Positions 51,011 through 59,635 of a stretch of DNA of 64,000 bases are shown here, piece after piece. The notes below the pieces were generated by a model. The model saw only the letters and a list, made by a program, of their open reading frames with translations. It did no database searches and was not told the origin of the DNA. Every line of letters begins with the position of its first letter. Within the stretch, counting starts at the first letter, position 1. Source of the DNA: Candidatus Dormiibacterota bacterium (GTDB lineage Bacteria > Chloroflexota > Dormibacteria > Aeolococcales > Aeolococcaceae); contig PLOF01000050.1 in the NCBI GenBank assembly GCA_003142035.1, positions 191 to 64,190 on the forward strand. Reading direction: 5' to 3'. The translations under genes were made by a program, and so were the position numbers.

Positions 51011-52246
51011 TCAGCGGCCGAAGATCCCTCGGCGGCGCTTCCTGTCGCCGCCGACCACCGCCGGCTGCTCCTGGGGGACCAGCCGGAAGACGAGCTCACG
51101 GATGGCGCGGCTGATCTCGGCCTCGGGCTGGGTCTCGACGAACGGCTTGCCCTGGTTCCAGGCGTCGGAGACCGCCTTCGGGTCGTGGGGGATCTGGACG
51201 GCCACCGGCACCCGCAGGTACTGCTCCGTGGCCTCCTTGTTGAAGTCGGAGTAGCCGTCGACACGGTTGACGACCAGCAGGACGCGCTCGGGGTCGATGT
51301 TCAACGACTCCAGCACCCCCAGCGTGAGACGCGCGTTCTTGACACTCGGGATCGTGAGCCCGGTGACCACCAGGATCTTGCTGGCGATCTCCATGACTTG
51401 CAGGATCGCCTCCCCGAGGTGGCTCGAGGCGTCGACGACCACGAAGTCGCAGACCTTGCGCACCTCGGCGAAGACAGTGCGGACGTGGTCGGGGGTCACC
51501 AGGTCGGCCAGCTCGGGCTTGACGGGCGCCAGGAGCACGCGAACCCCCGCCGGCCCGACCGCGAGGATGTCGTCGAGGATCTCCGCGTCCAGGTGGTCCT
51601 GGGCGTCCACGACGTCGGTGATGCTGCGGGAATGGTTGAGGTTGAGCATCACCCCGATGTCGCCGAACTGAAGGTCCAGGTCGACCAGGGCGACCCTGGC
51701 GTCGGTCTCCCGAGCGAGAGCCACGGCGAGGTTGGCGGCGATGATGGACTTGCCGACACCGCCCTTGGCCGAGAAGACGACGAAGACCTCGCCCAGGCCG
51801 AAACGGCCGGAGGTCGCGGCGGCCGGTGGAGCCTCCGCGGTCCGGGTCAGGAAGGTCCCCTTCTTGACCTCCATGGCGTAGACACGCCGGATCGCGGCCA
51901 CCAGCTCGTCGTGGCTGAACGGCTTGATCAGGAACTCACGCGCCCCCGCCTGCATGGCCCGGCGCAGGTAGTCCCGCTCGCCCTGCACCGACATGATGAT
52001 CACCGGGCTCCCGGGAAGATCCTGGGTGAGCTGCTCGGTGAGCTGGATGCCATCCATGAGCGGCATGTTCACGTCGGTGAGGACGATGTCCGGATGGAGC
52101 CTCTGGGCCTCCTCCACCCCCTCCTTGCCGTCCCCAGCCGTGCCCACCACCTCGATGTCGTCCTCAAAGCTGAGGAGCTTGCGCAGGTTGTCGCGTGTCG
52201 ACTGGATGTCGTCGACGATGAGCAGGCGGATGGGCTGTTCGGCCAC
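51011..52246 (-). CDS. TadZ/CpaE-like protein 3: canonical receiver plus MinD/ParA-type ATPase
   Basis: LLIVDDI..VLTDVNMPLMDG..MSV..IKPF, then SAKGGVGKSIIAANLA, DLDLQFGD. The GTG start is 7 nt downstream of the rplA stop. Confidence 0.88.
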   Translation of the reverse strand: MAEQPIRLLIVDDIQSTRDNLRKLLSFEDDIEVVGTAGDGKEGVEEAQRLHPDIVLTDVNMPLMDGIQLTEQLTQDLPGSPVIIMSVQGERDYLRRAMQAGAREFLIKPFSHDELVAAIRRVYAMEVKKGTFLTRTAEAPPAAATSGRFGLGEVFVVFSAKGGVGKSIIAANLAVALARETDARVALVDLDLQFGDIGVMLNLNHSRSITDVVDAQDHLDAEILDDILAVGPAGVRVLLAPVKPELADLVTPDHVRTVFAEVRKVCDFVVVDASSHLGEAILQVMEIASKILVVTGLTIPSVKNARLTLGVLESLNIDPERVLLVVNRVDGYSDFNKEATEQYLRVPVAVQIPHDPKAVSDAWNQGKPFVETQPEAEISRAIRELVFRLVPQEQPAVVGGDRKRRRGIFGR

Positions 52247-52253
52247 GGCCGAG

Positions 52254-52964
52254 CTACGCCACCTGAAGCTTCGATGCCTGTGCGGGATCGACCCTGATGG
52301 CCGGTCCGTGGGTCGTGCAGAGGGTCAACGACTTCAGGTAAGTGCCCTTGGCGGCCGGGGGCTTGGCACGCATGATGGCGTCCATGAGGGCGGCGAAGTT
52401 CTCCCCCAACCGGCCGTCGTCGAAGGACGCCTTGCCGATGACCGCATGGAGATTGCCAAGGCGATCGTTCCTGACCTCGATGCGGCCACCCTGGACCTCC
52501 CGGACGGCCTTGGCGATGTCGAAGGTGACCGTCCCCGCCTTGGGGTTGGGCATCAGTCCCCGGGGACCGAGGATCTTGCCGATGCGGCCGACGAGCCCCA
52601 TCACATCGGGGGTGGCGAGGGCCACGTCGAAGTCGATCTGGCCTGCCTGGACCTGCTTGACCAGGTCCTCACCGCCGACGAGGTCGGCGCCGGCCTCGAG
52701 CGCCTCGCGCGCCTTCTCGCCGGTGGCGAACACAGCGATGCGCCGCGTCCTACCGGTGCCGTGAGGCAGCACCACGGTGGTGCGCACGGCCTGATCGGCG
52801 TGGCGGGGGTCGATGCCCAACCGGAAGTGGGCTTCGATGGTGGGGTCGTACTTGGTCATCGAGGTCGCCCGTACCAGCTCCACCGCCTCCCGAGGCGGGT
52901 AGAGGTGTCCGGCCTCGATCTTCTCCGCGGCCATACGGTAGTTCTTGCCGAATTGATGGGGCAT
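52254..52964 (-). CDS. rplA: 50S ribosomal protein L1
   Basis: Conserved L1 sequence (..[20 protein letters not shown]-like..[14 protein letters not shown]). ATG 52964 follows AGGGAGA. Confidence 0.95.
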   Translation of the reverse strand: MPHQFGKNYRMAAEKIEAGHLYPPREAVELVRATSMTKYDPTIEAHFRLGIDPRHADQAVRTTVVLPHGTGRTRRIAVFATGEKAREALEAGADLVGGEDLVKQVQAGQIDFDVALATPDVMGLVGRIGKILGPRGLMPNPKAGTVTFDIAKAVREVQGGRIEVRNDRLGNLHAVIGKASFDDGRLGENFAALMDAIMRAKPPAAKGTYLKSLTLCTTHGPAIRVDPAQASKLQVA

Positions 52965-53052
52965 CGCCGTTCTCCCTGTGGTCCTGGCGGGCTCGGTGAG
53001 CCCTCCCACTTTTGCTGCGCAGGCGCCCGGCCTGCGGATCTCCCTCGGATGG

Positions 53053-53481
53053 CTACGGTTCGACGGTCAGGCCCATGGAGCGGGCCGTGCCCTCAATGGT
53101 GTGCATCGCCTGCCCGATGTCGAAGGCGTTGAGATCGGCGAGCTTGACCTCGGCGATCTCCCGGACCTGGGCGGCGGTGACGGTCCCGACCTTGTCGCGG
53201 TTGGGCTGCGCCGATCCCTTCTCGACGCCGGCCGCCTTCTTGAGAAGGTCGTAGGCCGGCGGCGTCTTGGTGATGAAGTTGAAGCTGCGGTCCTCGTAGA
53301 CCGTGATCTCGGCCGGGATGACCATGCCGGCCTGAGCTGCCGTGCGCTCGTTGTAGGCCCGGCAGAACTCCATGATGTTGATCCCGTGCGGGCCCAGCGC
53401 GGTGCCCACCGGAGGAGCCGGGGTCGCCTTGCCAGCCTGGATCTGGAGGCGAACGACCGTCTTGACCTTCTTCTTGCCCAT
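53053..53481 (-). CDS. rplK: 50S ribosomal protein L11
   Basis: [40 protein letters not shown].. Confidence 0.97.
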   Translation of the reverse strand: MGKKKVKTVVRLQIQAGKATPAPPVGTALGPHGINIMEFCRAYNERTAAQAGMVIPAEITVYEDRSFNFITKTPPAYDLLKKAAGVEKGSAQPNRDKVGTVTAAQVREIAEVKLADLNAFDIGQAMHTIEGTARSMGLTVEP

Positions 53482-53496
53482 TCTGCTCTCCGTCCC

Positions 53497-54063
53497 CTAG
53501 CGAAGTCGCTCGACCTGAAGCAGATCGAGCTCCACCGGTGTCTCCCGGCCAAACATATTGACGAGCACCTTGAGCTTGCCCTTCTCGGCATTGATCTCGG
53601 TGACCTTGCCATGGAAATCGGTGAAGGGCCCGTCGACCACTCGCACGCTCTCGTCGACCTGATATTCGACGGAGACCTTGGTCGGAGCCTCGGCCTTCAC
53701 CTGCCTCTGAATGCCCCGAATCTCGCTCTCGGCGAGCGGCACCGGCTTGTTGCCGGAGCCGACGAAGGAGGTGACCCCGGGGGTGTTGCGGACCACGTAC
53801 CAGGACTCGTCCGACATGACCATGTTGACCAGGATGTACCCCGGATAGATCCGCTTGGAGACCCTCCGGCGCTGGCCATCCTTGATCTCCATCACCTCTT
53901 CGGTGGGGACCAGGACCTCGAAGATCTTGTCGTGCATGTCCATCGATTCCACGCGCTTGAGGAGGTTGTTCTTTACCTTTTCCTCGTGCCCGGAGTAGGC
54001 GTGGATGACGTACCAGCGCGCGTCGCTGGCCTGCGTCGTGGTGGCGGTGTCGCTCATGGTCAT
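53497..54063 (-). CDS. nusG: Transcription termination/antitermination factor NusG
   Basis: NGN domain (WYVIHAYSGHEEKV) and KOW (VRVVDGPFTDFHGKV). Confidence 0.96.
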   Translation of the reverse strand: MTMSDTATTTQASDARWYVIHAYSGHEEKVKNNLLKRVESMDMHDKIFEVLVPTEEVMEIKDGQRRRVSKRIYPGYILVNMVMSDESWYVVRNTPGVTSFVGSGNKPVPLAESEIRGIQRQVKAEAPTKVSVEYQVDESVRVVDGPFTDFHGKVTEINAEKGKLKVLVNMFGRETPVELDLLQVERLR

Positions 54064-54081
54064 CTCAGTGTGGCTGGTCCG

Positions 54082-54414
54082 TCAGCTCGAGGCGCTCGCC
54101 GAGGGCGAGGCGGTGGCGGTTGCGCTCGGGGTCGCGGTGCTCGCCGGCACCGCCGAGGCGGTGGTGGAGGCGTTCTGAACGTAGATCGGCTTGACGGCGT
54201 ACCCGAGCGCGTAGTCCGCGCCCCCGATCAGGAGGCTGAATAGGACCACGGTCACGACCACCACACCGGTCATCCGCGTCAACTCCGGCCAGGTGGGCCA
54301 TACGACCTTGCGCAGCTCCTCCCAGACCCCCCGGAAGTAGGCGGTCAGGCGTCTCGGACGGCGCCCCCCGCTCCCACCTGTCGTGAGTCCCGTCCTGGCC
54401 GACGATCTGGCCAC
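54082..54414 (-). CDS. secE: Preprotein translocase subunit SecE (with an extended Ala/Ser/Thr-rich C-terminal tail)
   Basis: Context rpmG-tRNA-secE-nusG. Motif ELRKVVWPTWPEL followed by a single TM. About 30 aa of low-complexity tail. Confidence 0.85.
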   Translation of the reverse strand: MARSSARTGLTTGGSGGRRPRRLTAYFRGVWEELRKVVWPTWPELTRMTGVVVVTVVLFSLLIGGADYALGYAVKPIYVQNASTTASAVPASTATPSATATASPSASASS

Positions 54415-54472
54415 GTCCTCTATCGACCTCCAACGCTCGACCCAAGCCTACGCGGCCGGGTCCGACCCGAGA

Positions 54473-54548
54473 TGGCAGGGGCGGCAAGATTCGAACTCGC
54501 GACCCTCGGTTTTGGAGACCGATGCTCTACCAACTGAGCTACGCCCCT
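54473..54548 (-). tRNA. tRNA-Trp (anticodon CCA), 3' CCA encoded
   Basis: Manual cloverleaf: acceptor AGGGGCG/CGCCCCT, D arm GCTC/GAGC, anticodon stem TCGGT/ACCGA with loop CTCCAAA, T arm GCGAG/CTTGC with TTCGAAT. Confidence 0.93.
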
Positions 54549-54614
54549 GTGGCCCGTCAGCATAGCGGCCTACGGGGCCGGCTTCCCACATTGCTTGGCT
54601 TCTCCTGGCGCGAG

Positions 54615-54779
54615 CTACTTGGTTTCGCGATGGCGCGTGTGGGCGCGACACCGCGGGCAGAACTTGCGCAGTTCGATCCGATCCGGATCGTTGCGCTTGT
54701 TCTTGACGGTGGTGTAGTTCCGCTCCTTGCAGTCAGGACACTGCAGGGTGATGATCGAACTGCCTTTAGCCGTGGCCAC
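54615..54779 (-). CDS. rpmG: 50S ribosomal protein L33 (54 aa, zinc-ribbon C4 type)
   Basis: Not in the ORF track (under 60 aa). Manual translation gives [57 protein letters not shown] start. Confidence 0.9.
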   Translation of the reverse strand: MATAKGSSIITLQCPDCKERNYTTVKNKRNDPDRIELRKFCPRCRAHTRHRETK

Positions 54780-54914
54780 GTTAAGCCCCAACACAAATAA
54801 AACCTAGCCGCGCTAGGTCAAGCGGATGATACCACAGGCCCGGCCGGCGTCAATCGCGGGTGCCGCCGCACGGAGCCCCTACCTTACCCCGCTGGAGGTC
54901 GCCGCCGGGCGGCG

Positions 54915-54995
54915 CCGGCGAGGAGAGGGCCGGGCCCCGGTCCGGCGAGGAGAGCACCGCGCCCGGTCCGGCGTGCGAGGGGCATGGGGCCGGGC
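54915..54995. repeat. About three degenerate 27-nt direct repeats in a non-coding GC-rich spacer
   Basis: ccggcgaggagag recurs at 54915 and 54942. cccggtccggcg and ggccgggcc also recur. Confidence 0.5.
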
Positions 54996-55099
54996 CGGCA
55001 CAGGGGCAGGACGCGGGGGCCTGGGGGCGGCCCAGGGGTACCGGAGCGGAATGCGACCCTGCCGTGGCCGGGGCGTCACCTCGATCACGGGAATGCGGC

Positions 55100-55120
55100 T
55101 TGACACGCTGAGCTTCGTGT
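55100..55120 (+). promoter_or_regulatory. TTGACA hexamer overlapping the inverted repeat ACACG-N8-CGTGT (candidate marR promoter/operator)
   Basis: TTGACA at 55100-55105. Palindrome arms at 55103-55107 and 55116-55120. Lies 15-30 nt upstream of the MarR gene start. The -10 element is unclear. Confidence 0.35.
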
Positions 55121-55134
55121 ATCACATACTTTAG

Positions 55135-55650
55135 GTGCCTGAGTATCCGAGGAGTGAACAAGTGACCCCAGAGCCCGCAACCCTCTCCGAGAGGGAGATC
55201 CTTCTGCACCGGCTGACCTGCATGCAGCCGGCGCTCCGGCACCGCTTCCGCGCCACCATCCCGGCGGACGCCCAGGCCACCATGCGCGAGACCATGGAGG
55301 AGGTGACCGCCTCCCAGCTGGAGGCGCTCATGCTCCTCCACCAGGCCGGCTCCGCCGTCTCCATGCATCAGCTGGCCGAGGCCCAGTCGATCACCCCCAG
55401 CTCGGCCACCCAGCTCGTCGACCGCCTGGTGAGGATCGGGCTGGTGGAGCGTCTCCGTGAGGACGAGGACCGGCGCCTCGTCCGCGTGCAGCTCTCCGAG
55501 GCGGCCCGCCAGAGATTCGAGGAGATGATGCGGCTGCACCTGCGCAGCCTCGCCGCGGTGACCGCACCGCTGAGCGACGACGATCTCCGCTCCCTCGTCG
55601 AACTGCTCGCCAGGCTGGCTCAGCCAGCGGGCGCGGAGCTCCCGTCGTGA
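55135..55650 (+). CDS. MarR-family transcriptional regulator
   Basis: Winged HTH (MHQLAEAQSITPSSATQLVDRLVRIGLVERLREDEDRRLVRVQLS). GTG start. A downstream GTG near 55161 is an alternative. Confidence 0.88.
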   Translation: MPEYPRSEQVTPEPATLSEREILLHRLTCMQPALRHRFRATIPADAQATMRETMEEVTASQLEALMLLHQAGSAVSMHQLAEAQSITPSSATQLVDRLVRIGLVERLREDEDRRLVRVQLSEAARQRFEEMMRLHLRSLAAVTAPLSDDDLRSLVELLARLAQPAGAELPS

Positions 55651-57956
55651 GGCGGTTCTACTCCCGCCTCGGCAAGTTCGACGTCCGCTTCCGGTACCTC
55701 ATCGTCGTCGCCTGGGTGGTCATCACGGTGGTCTGCGTGAGCACCCTGCCCGGGCTCGGCTCGGTGGCCAAGGACACCGAGAGCGGCTTCCTGCCGGCGA
55801 ACTCCCCGAGCATGCACGCGGCTCAGCTGCTCAACCCCTTTCAGAACTCCAGTCTCGCCACCGCCACCCTGGTGGCCTCGCGCAGTGGCAGCCCGCTGAC
55901 CGCCTCCGACAAGCTCGTCGTCACATCCCTCCTCGCCAAGATCAAGGAGCTGCCCAACGTCGTCACCGCGCGCGCCCTCGGGACGTCGAGCGACGGTGAG
56001 GCCACCCAGGCCCTGATCCAGGCCAACGTCCCCCAGTACGGCGGGGGCACCGGAACGACGCTCGTCGACTCGATCCGGAGCGACTTCTCGAAGGTGGGAG
56101 CCCCCGGCGGCCTCCAGTTCAACCTGACCGGCCAGCTGGCGACCGCCGCGGACTCCAACACCTCTTCGGCCCACTCCCAGAACACCACCCAGCTGCTCTC
56201 GGTCGTGTTCATCATCATCCTGCTGCTCTTCGCCTTCCGGGCGCTGCTCGCGCCGCTCGTGACGCTGCTCCCGGCCGGCCTGGTGCTGGCGCTTGCCGGC
56301 CCGGTGATCGCCGCCGCCTCCCACATCGGCGTCCAGGTCTCGGTCATCACGGAGCTGATCCTCGTCGTCCTCGTCCTGGGGGCCGGCACCGACTACGGCC
56401 TCTTCCTCGTCTTTCGAGTCCGCGAGGAGATCCGGAGCGGCCTCGCCCCCCGCGACGCCGTAGTGCGCGCCGTCGAGACCGTGGGGGAATCCATCACCTT
56501 CTCCGCGCTGATCGTGATCGGCGCGCTGCTCAGCCTGGTGATCGCGCAGTTCGGCTTCTACCAGGGGCTCGGCCCGGCGCTCGCCATCGGCATCGCCCTG
56601 ATGCTCCTCGCCGGCCTCACGCTGCTCCCGGCACTGCTGGCGATCCTCGGCCGCGCCGTCTTCTGGCCCAGCAACCTCACGGTCCGCTCCACCCCGCAGG
56701 TGGGCTTCTGGGGCCGGGTGGCCACCGCCTTTGTCCGGAGCCCGGTGGTCACCGCGATCGCGGGGATCGGGATATTCGCGGCTCTCGCCCTGGGTTCGGT
56801 GGGGACGACCACCGCCGGGTTCGGCAACGCCGTCTCGGGCCCGGCGGGCAGCGACTCCGCGACCGGCCAGGCGGTCCTCAACAAGCACTTCCCCTCCGCC
56901 GGGACGATCACCTCGACCGAGGTGGTCATGCACTTCTCCCACCCCGTCTTTGCGGATCCCGCCGAGCTGGTGACGGCCCAGAAGAGCCTCGCGGCGTCGA
57001 CGGGCTTCCGGAGCGTCATCGGGCCCCTCGACCCCAACGGTCCCACCGGGGTGACCCTGACGGCGACGGAAATTGCGGCCCTGCACCAGACGCTGGGCTG
57101 GCCGCTGAACCCCGCCGCGCTCGCCGCCCTTCCCCCGGCGGTGGCGCAGGTCGACGGCGCCCTGGCGAGCTTCGTCAGCACCGACGCGCGGACGGTGGTG
57201 TTCGCCGTGGTGCCCACGGTCGGGCCGGCGGGAAGCTCGGCGGCGAGCGCCAACATTCCGGCGCTCCGCGCGGACACCACCGCCGCGGCCCATGCCGCGG
57301 GGGCGGCCGACAGCGGCATCTTCAGCCTCGACGCCTTCGCCTATGACGTCGAGAACATCTCCCAGAACGATCTGATCCACATCATCCCGACGGTGGCGAT
57401 CATCATCGCGCTCCTCCTCGCCATCGTTCTGCGGAGCGGCATCGCGTCCCTCTTCCTGGTCCCGAGCGTGGTCCTCTCGTACCTCGCCGCCCTGGGCCTG
57501 GTAGGCCTGGTCTTTGTGCACTTCGGGGGCCAGAGCGGAGTGCAATTCATCCTGCCCTTCCTGATGTTCGTCTTTCTGATGGCGCTGGGCTCGGACTACA
57601 ACGTGCTGGTGATGACGAGGATCCGCGAGGAGGCTCATGGCCTCCCCCTGCGAGAGGCGGTGACGAAGGCCATCGGGGTGACCGGGACAACCGTCACCAC
57701 CGCCGGGCTGGTGCTCGGCGGCACCTTCGCCGTGCTCGGCTTCGCGGCGGGAGGATCAGCGCAGTCCGGGGAGATCCAGCAGGTGGGCTTCGGCATCGCC
57801 GCCGGGGTCCTGATGGACACCTTCTTCGTCCGGACCATCATGGTGCCGGCGTTCGTCGTGCTGGTCGGTCGCTGGACCTGGTGGCCCTCCCGCCTCTTCC
57901 GGCAGCACAGCTCACTGGTCATGACCGGTGAGCCCACCGCCGAGCCAGCCGCATGA
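55647..57956 (+). CDS. MMPL-family (RND superfamily) membrane transporter
   Basis: Two 6-TM bundles with large loops and an MMPL-type N-terminus. GTGA overlap with marR. Confidence 0.9.
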   Translation: MRRFYSRLGKFDVRFRYLIVVAWVVITVVCVSTLPGLGSVAKDTESGFLPANSPSMHAAQLLNPFQNSSLATATLVASRSGSPLTASDKLVVTSLLAKIKELPNVVTARALGTSSDGEATQALIQANVPQYGGGTGTTLVDSIRSDFSKVGAPGGLQFNLTGQLATAADSNTSSAHSQNTTQLLSVVFIIILLLFAFRALLAPLVTLLPAGLVLALAGPVIAAASHIGVQVSVITELILVVLVLGAGTDYGLFLVFRVREEIRSGLAPRDAVVRAVETVGESITFSALIVIGALLSLVIAQFGFYQGLGPALAIGIALMLLAGLTLLPALLAILGRAVFWPSNLTVRSTPQVGFWGRVATAFVRSPVVTAIAGIGIFAALALGSVGTTTAGFGNAVSGPAGSDSATGQAVLNKHFPSAGTITSTEVVMHFSHPVFADPAELVTAQKSLAASTGFRSVIGPLDPNGPTGVTLTATEIAALHQTLGWPLNPAALAALPPAVAQVDGALASFVSTDARTVVFAVVPTVGPAGSSAASANIPALRADTTAAAHAAGAADSGIFSLDAFAYDVENISQNDLIHIIPTVAIIIALLLAIVLRSGIASLFLVPSVVLSYLAALGLVGLVFVHFGGQSGVQFILPFLMFVFLMALGSDYNVLVMTRIREEAHGLPLREAVTKAIGVTGTTVTTAGLVLGGTFAVLGFAAGGSAQSGEIQQVGFGIAAGVLMDTFFVRTIMVPAFVVLVGRWTWWPSRLFRQHSSLVMTGEPTAEPAA

Positions 57957-59620
57957 GCGCCCAGATCTCGTCGCTCAAGGTCGAGCGCCGGAGCGACGCC
58001 GAGCGGCGCCGGCTCATGGTGGTGTTCGGTGCCCTGATGCTGGCGATGCTGATCGCCGCCCTCGACCAGACCATCGTCTCCACGGCCCTGCCCACGATCG
58101 TGGGCGACCTGGGCGGTCTCACCCAGCTCTCCTGGGTGGTGACGGCCTACATCCTGACCTCGACGATCTCGACCCCGCTCTACGGGAAGATCGGAGACCT
58201 CTACGGGCGCAAGCGCATCTTCCAGGCCGCGATCGTCATCTTCCTGGTCGGATCGATGCTCTGCGGCCTCTCCCAGAACATGGCCGAGCTGATCGGATTC
58301 CGGGCTCTCCAGGGCGTCGGCGCAGGGGGGCTGTTCGTCGGCTCCCAGGCGATCATCGGCGACATCGTCTCCCCTCGCGAGCGGGGCCGCTACATGGGGT
58401 ACTTCGGCGCCGTCTTTGGACTGGCCACGGTGGCCGGGCCCCTGCTCGGCGGCTTCCTCGTCGACCACGCCACCTGGCGCTGGGTCTTCTACATCAACGT
58501 CCCCATCGGCATCGCCGCCCTGGTCGCGACCGGCCTGGTCCTCCACCTGCCCCGCCAGCGACGCGAGCACCGCATCGACTACCTGGGCGCGAGTCTGTTG
58601 GGGGCCGGGGTCACCTGCATCGTCCTGCTCACCACCTGGGGAGGCACCGAGTATCCGTGGGCGTCCGCCCAGACCCTCGGACTGGCCCTGGGAGCGCTGG
58701 TGTTGCTCGGTTTCTTCATCCAGGTCGAGCGGCGGGCGACCGAGCCCATCCTGCCGCTGCAGCTGTTCCGCAATTCCGTCTTTGCGGTGAGCAACGCGGC
58801 CGGCTTCATCATCGGCCTGGCGCTTTTCGGATCGATCGTCTTTCTCCCCCAGTACCTGCAGATCGTCAAGGGCGACGGGGCCACCAACTCCGGCCTGCTG
58901 CTCGTCCCGATGATGGTCGGTCTGCTCATCACCTCGATCGTGAGCGGCCAGCTGATCAGCCGTACCGGGCGCTACAAGATCTGGCCAATCCTGGGCACAG
59001 CCATCACCGTTATCGGCCTCTTCCTGCTCTCCACCATGGACGCGGCCACCCCAGCGGTCGTCACCGCCGCCTACATGGTGGTGCTGGGCCTCGGCCTCGG
59101 CGGGGTCATGCAGGTCCTGGTGGTCGTGGTGCAGAACAGCGTCGCCCAGAGGGACCTGGGCACCGCCACCTCGACGGCGACCTTCTTCCGCTCCATGGGC
59201 GGCTCCATCGGGGTGCCGATCTTCGGAGCCATCTTCAGCAACGTGCTGATCGCCAAGCTGGTCACGGATCTTCCCAAGGGATTCCACCTCGGCGGACTCT
59301 CGGGGGGCGTCGGCAACGCCAGCCCGCAGGTGCTGGACAAGCTGCCTGCCGTCATCCACAGCGGCGTCGTGCACGCCTTCTCCCAGTCGCTGGGCTCGGT
59401 CTTCCTGGCCGGCGTGCCCTTCGCGGTCATCGCCCTCGTTCTGGTGTGCTTCATCAAGGAGGTTCCGCTGCGCACCCGGGTCGCCCCGGTGCTCGAGGGC
59501 GTCGACGAGAGTTTCGGTTACTCCGAGGACGTGGCAGAGACGGCAACGGGCACCGACGGTGCCGCACCCAGGCTGGCGCCCCGGGAAGATCGCGCAGCGA
59601 CAGGCGGCACCAAACCATGA
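57953..59620 (+). CDS. MFS transporter, DHA2 (EmrB/QacA, 14-TM) family
   Basis: LDQTIVSTALPTI, GKIGDLYGRKR motifs. ATGA overlap with the MMPL gene. Confidence 0.92.
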   Translation: MSAQISSLKVERRSDAERRRLMVVFGALMLAMLIAALDQTIVSTALPTIVGDLGGLTQLSWVVTAYILTSTISTPLYGKIGDLYGRKRIFQAAIVIFLVGSMLCGLSQNMAELIGFRALQGVGAGGLFVGSQAIIGDIVSPRERGRYMGYFGAVFGLATVAGPLLGGFLVDHATWRWVFYINVPIGIAALVATGLVLHLPRQRREHRIDYLGASLLGAGVTCIVLLTTWGGTEYPWASAQTLGLALGALVLLGFFIQVERRATEPILPLQLFRNSVFAVSNAAGFIIGLALFGSIVFLPQYLQIVKGDGATNSGLLLVPMMVGLLITSIVSGQLISRTGRYKIWPILGTAITVIGLFLLSTMDAATPAVVTAAYMVVLGLGLGGVMQVLVVVVQNSVAQRDLGTATSTATFFRSMGGSIGVPIFGAIFSNVLIAKLVTDLPKGFHLGGLSGGVGNASPQVLDKLPAVIHSGVVHAFSQSLGSVFLAGVPFAVIALVLVCFIKEVPLRTRVAPVLEGVDESFGYSEDVAETATGTDGAAPRLAPREDRAATGGTKP

Positions 59621-59635
59621 ACCGGAGAAGCTGAC

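Noticed and set aside
48429-52297. ORFs 48429..49676 (-) and 50930..52297 (+), 415 and 455 aa
   Set aside because: They are antisense to the TadZ-like genes, which carry Walker A and receiver motifs. The antisense products have no motifs.
54473-54548. tRNA-Trp as an integration site bounding a genomic island
   Set aside because: The tRNA sits in its conserved rpmG-tRNA(Trp)-secE-nusG context. I saw no integrase, transposase or duplicated tRNA 3' end elsewhere in the window.
54557-54796. 79-aa ORF in the track over the rpmG region
   Set aside because: Wrong frame. The 54-aa frame 54615..54779 translates to a textbook L33 with a CxxC...CxxC zinc ribbon.
54794-54821. AT-rich patch upstream of rpmG read as a promoter (TTGACC, 16 nt, TATTTG on the minus strand)
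   Set aside because: The -35 is good but the -10 is weak (3 of 6, no terminal T). It would leave only about 7 nt of leader before the GTG. It is plausible but not supportable as a feature.
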